Assembly: GCF_009914755.1 (NCBI RefSeq)
Contig: NC_060936.1
DNA length: 64,000 nt
Origin: the human T2T-CHM13v2.0 reference genome, Homo sapiens
Reading direction: 5' to 3' (one strand)
Below the pieces are notes generated by a model. That model had not been told where the DNA came from. It saw only the letters and a program-made list of their open reading frames with translations, and searched no databases. The number at the start of each line of letters is the position of its first letter. Position 1 is the first letter of the stretch. Shown here in pieces: positions 57,465 to 64,000 of the stretch. The translations under genes were made by a program, and so were the position numbers.

Positions 57465-58771
57465 CACAGTGACTATTTCACAGAGGCCAACAAAGTTTTG
57501 ATATGGAAATAATTCATGAGGTTTGACATTTTGTCTGTTTAATTTATATTATTTTCCCCTACAGCTCAGTAAATATTAGTTGAATACATTAATAAATATA
57601 GCCATTGAAAAACTGAAATAAACAAATTTCTAGATGGTATTTGCTGGAAGAAAACAACCTGACATATAAAAAATTGTGATTTGTAAGACATGAATTATCC
57701 AGAAAAAAGATTTACATTTATTAAATTATCTGAAGATAAAATGTGTTGGCATAGTAGCAAGTGATATATGGATAAGAGCATGGATTTTAGTCTGACAAAT
57801 TTGGAGTTGTGTCCTAGCACTATAACTTATTAATTGTGTAAATGCTGATAGTTATGCCTCTCTTAACCTCAGTTCCCACAATAAACTTTGGTTTCTTATT
57901 CCTTTTGCTTTTTCCATACAGACAGAAAAGTAAGGAGTGTATCCAAGCTTAGAGATACTATTATAGTAAAAACACTCAACATTTTACAAAGAAAAAAAAT
58001 TTTAAATAGTGTGAACCATGAATCTCCCCCAAATTTTTACGGAAAATACTATATCTCTTCTATACATTTATATTCTTTGGACAAAAAATACACACACAAA
58101 AATCAAAATAAAAGGTAATACCTTTGGCTACTACTGCATGTTTTTTACACACCAAGTGAATAATCCTCACCAATTTACATAAGTTATCCTTTGGCAAAGT
58201 TTACACTCAAATATTCTGATCAAACTACCTGAAGGTCATATTTTCTATTTTAAAAAATCAGTATCTAATGTAAACAAATTTTAAATGTAATATTATATCA
58301 TAAACACTTTGAATATAAATAAATATATACTACAGATATCGTATAACAACTCTAGCCAAACTTTATAAAATAAAATACTTATTAAAAAGGGAGTTGAAGT
58401 GGGTATTTGCATGCATTAAAAGCTCCTTTTCTCATATGAGCAAAAAACTATAATGAATCCTTAATGATATTATAAATAAAATTATCTAAGCTCTCTTTTC
58501 TTACTATTTTTCTTACCCTGTCCCACTTCTTGGTCTGTCTGGGGTGGTTGTAGGAAGATAGGGGAAGAATTGTAATTAACATTAAAATATTCACAATAAC
58601 ATGTAAGTCTGGGAGAAAATAAGTTATTGCCTTGAGAATGACATTGTTTATCTTACTCACCCCCATATTACCAATGTTTAAACTTGTCTGTTGAATGAAT
58701 GAACCGAAAGGTTTAAAGAATAAGATCATATAACTAAACAAGTATTTTGCACTTAGATGTTTTCATTTTTG

Positions 58772-58782
<11 letters not shown>

Positions 58783-58808
<26 letters not shown>

Positions 58809-59084
58809 AGATGGAGTCTCACTCTGTCGCCCAGGCTGGAGTGCAGTGGCATGATCTCGGCTCACCACAACCTCTGCCTCCCGAGTTCAAGCAATTCTCT
58901 GCCTCAGCCTCTTGGGTAGCTGGGATTACAGGCACCCGTCCCCATGCCCGGCTAATTTTTGTATTTTTAGTAGAGACGAGGTTTCACCTTCTTGGTCAGG
59001 CTGGTCTTGAACTCCTGACCTCGTGATCCACCCACCTCGGCCTCCCAAAGTGCTAGGATTACAAGCGTGAGCCACCATGACCAG
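58783..59084 (-). mobile_element. AluS (Sg/Sc-like)
   Basis: Long T tail; TSD tttgtttgtatttt. Confidence 0.92.
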
Positions 59085-59671
59085 TTTGTTTGTATTTTTA
59101 CTTTAAGACCATGCACCCACTGAACATAAGAATTGACTTCTTGTGCACAGTTTTCATACAGCCAAAAGTAAATAGATAAATTTAGTTTCTGAAGAGATTT
59201 ATTAAAACTAAGTATAGCAACAATAATTTAGAAGCCAGATCAATTTCACATTTTTAAGAGTAACTTTCTTGAAGGATAACCATTTTTATAAATTCTAAAA
59301 GCCCGCCTAAAAACTTAGTCCATAAATGTAGTCCATAAACATAGACAAAAAAGAAAATCAAAAGAGAGGTTGGCAATTGCCAAAAATGTATTACAATTGT
59401 TACATCTGAGAATAGAAGAAGAAATGAAGAGAAATGTCCAGGAAGAGAGATAGAGTGATAAAGTATCAGTGCTCGATAGGTCATATGGACAGTAGTGGAA
59501 TCAGTATCAAGTAACAGCACAATCTCTGCCAACTTAGCAGCATCCATTCTTGTGATAGACAATCAACTAAGGAACAAGCTATCACTCACTGCACTTCATC
59601 TGCACCGAAGAGTTGTAATACTTGTCCTCATCATTATTTGGTAAGAGCCTCCTGTCTACAACTGTACAATA

Positions 59672-59962
59672 GAGCAGGAGTCAACAAAATATTGCTCATG
59701 GGCCAAATACAACCCACCATCTGTATTTTGTAAAAAAGATTGTATTGGCATGTATCCATGCCCATAAAATATTGCTCATGGACCAAATACAACCCACCAT
59801 CTGTATTTTGTAAAAAAAAAAAAGATTGTGTTGGCACGTATCCATGCCCGTAGATTTACATTTTGTTATGGCTGATTTTGTGCTACAACAACAGAGTTAT
59901 TGTTATGGACCGTAAAGCCTAAAATGTTTACTAACTCTTCACTGAAAACATTTGCCAACCTC
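59672..59962. mobile_element. MER58A-like element with an internal ~79-bp tandem duplication
   Basis: gcaggagtcaacaaa..gggccaaat..tgtattttgtaaa..aaagcctaaaatgtttact..tttgccaacctct. Confidence 0.75.
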
Positions 59963-60348
59963 TCTTTCAGAGAATAAATCTAAATTGAAAATGTGGAGTT
60001 CCCCAGCTCACTCAATTTGTATGGCACTACTTCCCATGTCAAAAAATATTCCAATATAGAAATTTCCCTATTGAAAATGCGTAGTTCCAAATAATGAAAA
60101 ATATGTGTATGGAAATGGAAAGATAGAGGTGATAGTGGACACAGGAAGAAACATAAGCAAAAGACATATACAGAATATAAATATACACCAGGAAACAATG
60201 TGCTTCAGAGTTACAAAGAAAACATTTATTTAAAATAAATTTCATGGAAGTGAACTAAAAGATTAACTGAAAGAAAAAGGTAAGTGGATGAACACAAGAA
60301 ATGGGAGAATTCATCAGAGGACTAAAAGTCACATTAGAAGCAACTGAA

Positions 60349-60672
60349 GGCCAGGTGTGGTGGCTCACGCCTGTAAACCCAGCACTTTGGGAGCACTAGG
60401 CGGGTGGATCACTTGAGGCCAGGAGTTCGAGGCCATACTGGCCAATATGGTGAAATTCCCTCTCCCCTAAAAAAATACAAAAATTAGCTGGGTGTGGTGG
60501 CAGGCGCCTGTAATCCCAGATACTCAGGAGGCTGGGGCAGGAGAATCATTTGAACTGGGGAGGCAGAGTTTGCAGGCAGCGGTTGCAGAGATCATACCAC
60601 TGCATTCCAGCCTGAGTGACGGAGCAAGACCGTGTCTCAAATAAAATAAATAAAATAAAATAAAATAAAGAA
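60349..60672 (+). mobile_element. AluS
   Basis: Full dimer with (AAAAT)n tail. Confidence 0.9.
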
Positions 60673-61499
60673 AAAGAAACAACAGAAACTAGAATAAACA
60701 CTACTGAAACTATATCTGAGGCATGGAGGACAGATGTAAAGAAAGTTCACAAAAAAGAAATGAAAAGTTACAAATATCTTAAAGTAATTTAGAAGAAAGC
60801 TAATGAAAACTGAAGTCAGCTAAAGGTAATCCAACAAACTTCTAATTGGTATAGCCAAACACAATAATACAATTAATAAAACACAAAATACTAAAAGAAA
60901 AGCAGAGGTTTTGCTTGAAGACTTGTATTTGCAAATAATAACAATACAGAAGAGTAAACACTGATAAATTACCAAGATAAGAATTCCTAGGGATTTCAAG
61001 CAGAAGTAGAAAGATCAAATTAAAACACTTCTCATAATATCTATTAATAGATGAAATTAAAACACTTCTCATAATATTCATTAATTTCAATAAAACTAAG
61101 AGAAAAATATATGATCTCCAATTTTATACCCAATTAATTTGTATTCCGATTATAAAAGCCACAGGCAAATATTCCTAAGCATAAGAGAAATGATGAGCCC
61201 TATGGGATGAAGGAGTGGGGTATGGAGGGAAAGACTACATAATCATAAAATTTAGCCAAACAGAGAAAACAAAGTAAAAGATCTTAGTAAAGAGGAGCCA
61301 TGTTGAAGAATAGAAGTGAACATTAATTTAAACAAGGAAATATGGTTTACTTTTTATAGAAATTATGTGCAGGGGACAATTGTGAATTAAATTACCAAAA
61401 AAAATCAAAAATTGAAATGAGAGGAGAAAAAGAAATAAAAGTGTGAAAATATGCTCATCTTTCATGTAGGAAGTAATAGATACTGTGTAAATATGACTT

Positions 61500-61805
61500 G
61501 GTTGGGCACAGTGGCTCATGCCTATAATCCCAGCACTGGGAGGCTGAGATGGGCAGATCACTTGATGCCAGGAGTTCAAGACCAGCCTGGCCAACATGGT
61601 GAAACCCCATCTCTACCAAAAACTACAAAAATTAGCCAGGCCTGGTGGCATGCACCTTTAGTCCCAGCTACTTGGTTGGCTGAGGCACAAGAATCACTTG
61701 AGCCAGGAGGTGGATGTTGCAGTGAGCTGAGATTGTACCACTGCACTCCAGCCTGGGTGACAGAGTGAGATCTGTCTTAAAAAACAAACAAACAAACAAA
61801 AAACA
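61500..61805 (+). mobile_element. Alu (J/S)
   Basis: Full dimer with (AAAC)n tail. Confidence 0.9.
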
Positions 61806-62269
61806 ACTTATTATATAAAAGAGGATAATGACCTCAAGCTCTTCAGGTTTTCATATAATCTTTCTTATTTGATTGTAATGTGACATTATAAGAATCAATA
61901 CGTTTTGATGTGAAAAGACATGTATTGGTCCCAAATATTTATACATAGATTTTAGAAAGAGACTATCTGAGTTCAAATTGTAACTCTGTCACTTATGATT
62001 TTATGACCCTGGCCAAGTTATTAAACTGTGCTTCAGTTTCTTCATTTATAAAATGAGAACAATAATATACTTATCTACTGATAAAGTACATAAGTCAATG
62101 TCAGCACACTGAGAGGACTCAATATATTCTCTCTTTTATTACTATGATTATCACAACACTAAGACTATAATATAACTGATTTGTTGTAGATGCTTCTGTA
62201 ATATTAAGGACAATGTTAGGTCCAGAGCCAATGCTGCATGTTTAATTTTCTCCTTAACACAACTTTTTG

Positions 62270-62790
62270 TTTGTCTCAGTTATCCATGGCTGCACATCAA
62301 ATCTCCTTTATATTTAGTGGCTTTGAAAAACAATTTAATTCTTTCATGATTCTCTGAATTAGCAGTGTGAACTAGGCTTACATGATCAGTTGTTCTTGAA
62401 TTCGGTCCTGCACTGCAGTGATCTGTCAGTTCCAAGAAGGTGTTCTAATATGGTCTAACTGACATTCTAGCAAAAGTCAGGCTGTCAGCTGGAGCACTTT
62501 GGTTTGCTTATAAGTAATCTCTCCAAAATACTAGCTGCAACTTGTTCATATTGTAGCTCAGATTTCCAACTGTAGCCAAAAAGAAAAGGTGAGCCCAATG
62601 TACAAGTGCTACTAGAGCCTCTCTCTATTTCACATTGGCTAATGCCTCATTGACCAAAGAAAGTCTCAAACCTAAGTCCATACTGATTCAAGAGTAGAGA
62701 TAAACCTTACTTTTTGATGGAAGGGACAAAAAACCCTACTGCAAAAGGCATGCGTAGAAAGGAAAAAAAAATACTGCCACTATCTTTGAA
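62270..62790. mobile_element. Old MLT1 (K/L-like) LTR
   Basis: gtctcagttatcc..ttagtggctt..; ggctaatgcctcattgaccaaagaaagtc..ttgatggaagg. Confidence 0.55.
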
Positions 62791-63344
62791 AAAATTCAGC
62801 ATTTGCTTAGTTTCCACCTCCCTGGAGTTTTAATCTTGAGGAGAGGCACAAAGTGATAAAAAAGTAGGCATGTCATCCAATTCCATCAAAGGCATTATGC
62901 CCAGGCTGTAAATACTACCGTAGTCATGGACATTGGTTCCTAGTTTTCAGAACTATTTTCATTCTTTCCTTTTTCCATTTCATTGCCAAGCATCCCATTG
63001 TTTCTTTGAGCTCCTGTGACTGCCAATATTACTTTTCTTTGCCTCTTATCCAGCATCACTTTCTAAAGCTTGCAAAGAACCCCAAATGGCTTACAAATTA
63101 TGAATCAAAAACTACTGCTATATTTCCATTCATCTATCTATGTATATGAACATAAATACACAAATATGTTGGGAACTTTACAGTATTTAAATTTGAACTT
63201 ATATTTACCTCTTTCTCAATCTCTCATTTTTTGTATCGCTTTAGTTATCTTCATATATTTTTCAAAATAAATCTATTTTGAAGCACTTAAAAGTAGATCC
63301 AAAATTTTTAAAATCATGATAATAAATTTCCAACTCAGTGGTTC

Positions 63345-64000
63345 TTAACCCCAACCATTTTACTTTTTGTGTTCTTTTTCAAGATTGTTTCACCTATTCT
63401 AGGTTCTTTTATTTCCACATAATTTTTGAAATCAGCTTGACAATTTCTACCACAAAAAACCCAGCCTACTAGGATTTAAAATTGAATTACATTGATTTCA
63501 TTGATCTATTTGGGGAACACTGATATCTACCAAATTGAGTTTTCCAGGCTATAAACTTGGTGTATCTTTTTATTTATTTCATGTCTTTAATTTCTCTCAA
63601 CAGTGTTTCAGAGATTTCAGTGTATTGGTCTTGCACAACTTTTGTTAAATTTATTTCTGATTAATGTGTGTTTGGGGTATGATTGCAAATTCTTTTCTTA
63701 GGTTTCAATTATATTTTGCTAGTATATGCAATATAACTGATTTTTAATATAGGTTTCTGCCCACAAAGATGCTAAATCAAGTTTTGCATCTTTCTAAGAT
63801 CCCGAGGGACCTCCACTTACATAATCATGTCATCAGTCAATAATGATAATTTAACTTTCATTTTTATAATTATTTACTTTTATATCTTTCTCTTGACTTA
63901 TTTTACTGGCTAAGACATCCACCAAAACATTGACTAGAAATGCTAAAGGCAAACATCTTCATTTATGTCTCGGTGTTATTTGTAGTCAATATTCCCCTAC
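63345..64000 (-). mobile_element. Old L1M ORF2 fragment
   Basis: ttctttttcaagattgtttcacctattctagg..tttccacataattttt..cagcttg..gatctatttgggga. Confidence 0.75.

Noticed and set aside
61018-61085. Short direct repeats (24-bp aaattaaaacacttctcataatat x2; also 14-bp x2 at ~37399-37430) as a CRISPR-like array
   Set aside because: Only two copies each in eukaryotic intron sequence with no cas genes; ordinary slippage duplications
57500-64000. SLC6A15 promoter or first exon
   Set aside because: No CpG island or exon-like segment; the region is repeat-rich intron 1

Overview
This is AT-rich, repeat-dense primate (almost certainly human) genomic DNA. It carries the complete coding region of SLC6A15 (B0AT2/SBAT1, Na+-coupled neutral amino-acid transporter, SLC6/NSS family) on the minus strand. 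Eleven GT-AG coding exons (exons 2-12, 55557 down to 25096) assemble in phase to 2193 nt = 730 aa + stop; the non-coding first exon and promoter lie outside the window. Bases ~1-22.9 kb are the downstream flank, dominated by old transposons: an ERVL dUTPase remnant, a full-length Tigger1, MaLR LTRs and a ~7 kb TSD-flanked L1MA-type element. I found no credible new biological system. The leads most worth checking are a ~30-bp-stem pre-miRNA-like hairpin in intron 10, a tailless TSD-flanked U2 snRNA retrocopy in intron 1, the intron-5 read-through short isoform with a possible twin at intron 8, inverted Alu pairs bracketing exons, a CTCF-like motif in intron 6 and several nested or atypical insertions. 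Repeat subfamily names are from recall of consensus sequences and their boundaries are approximate unless a TSD is given.
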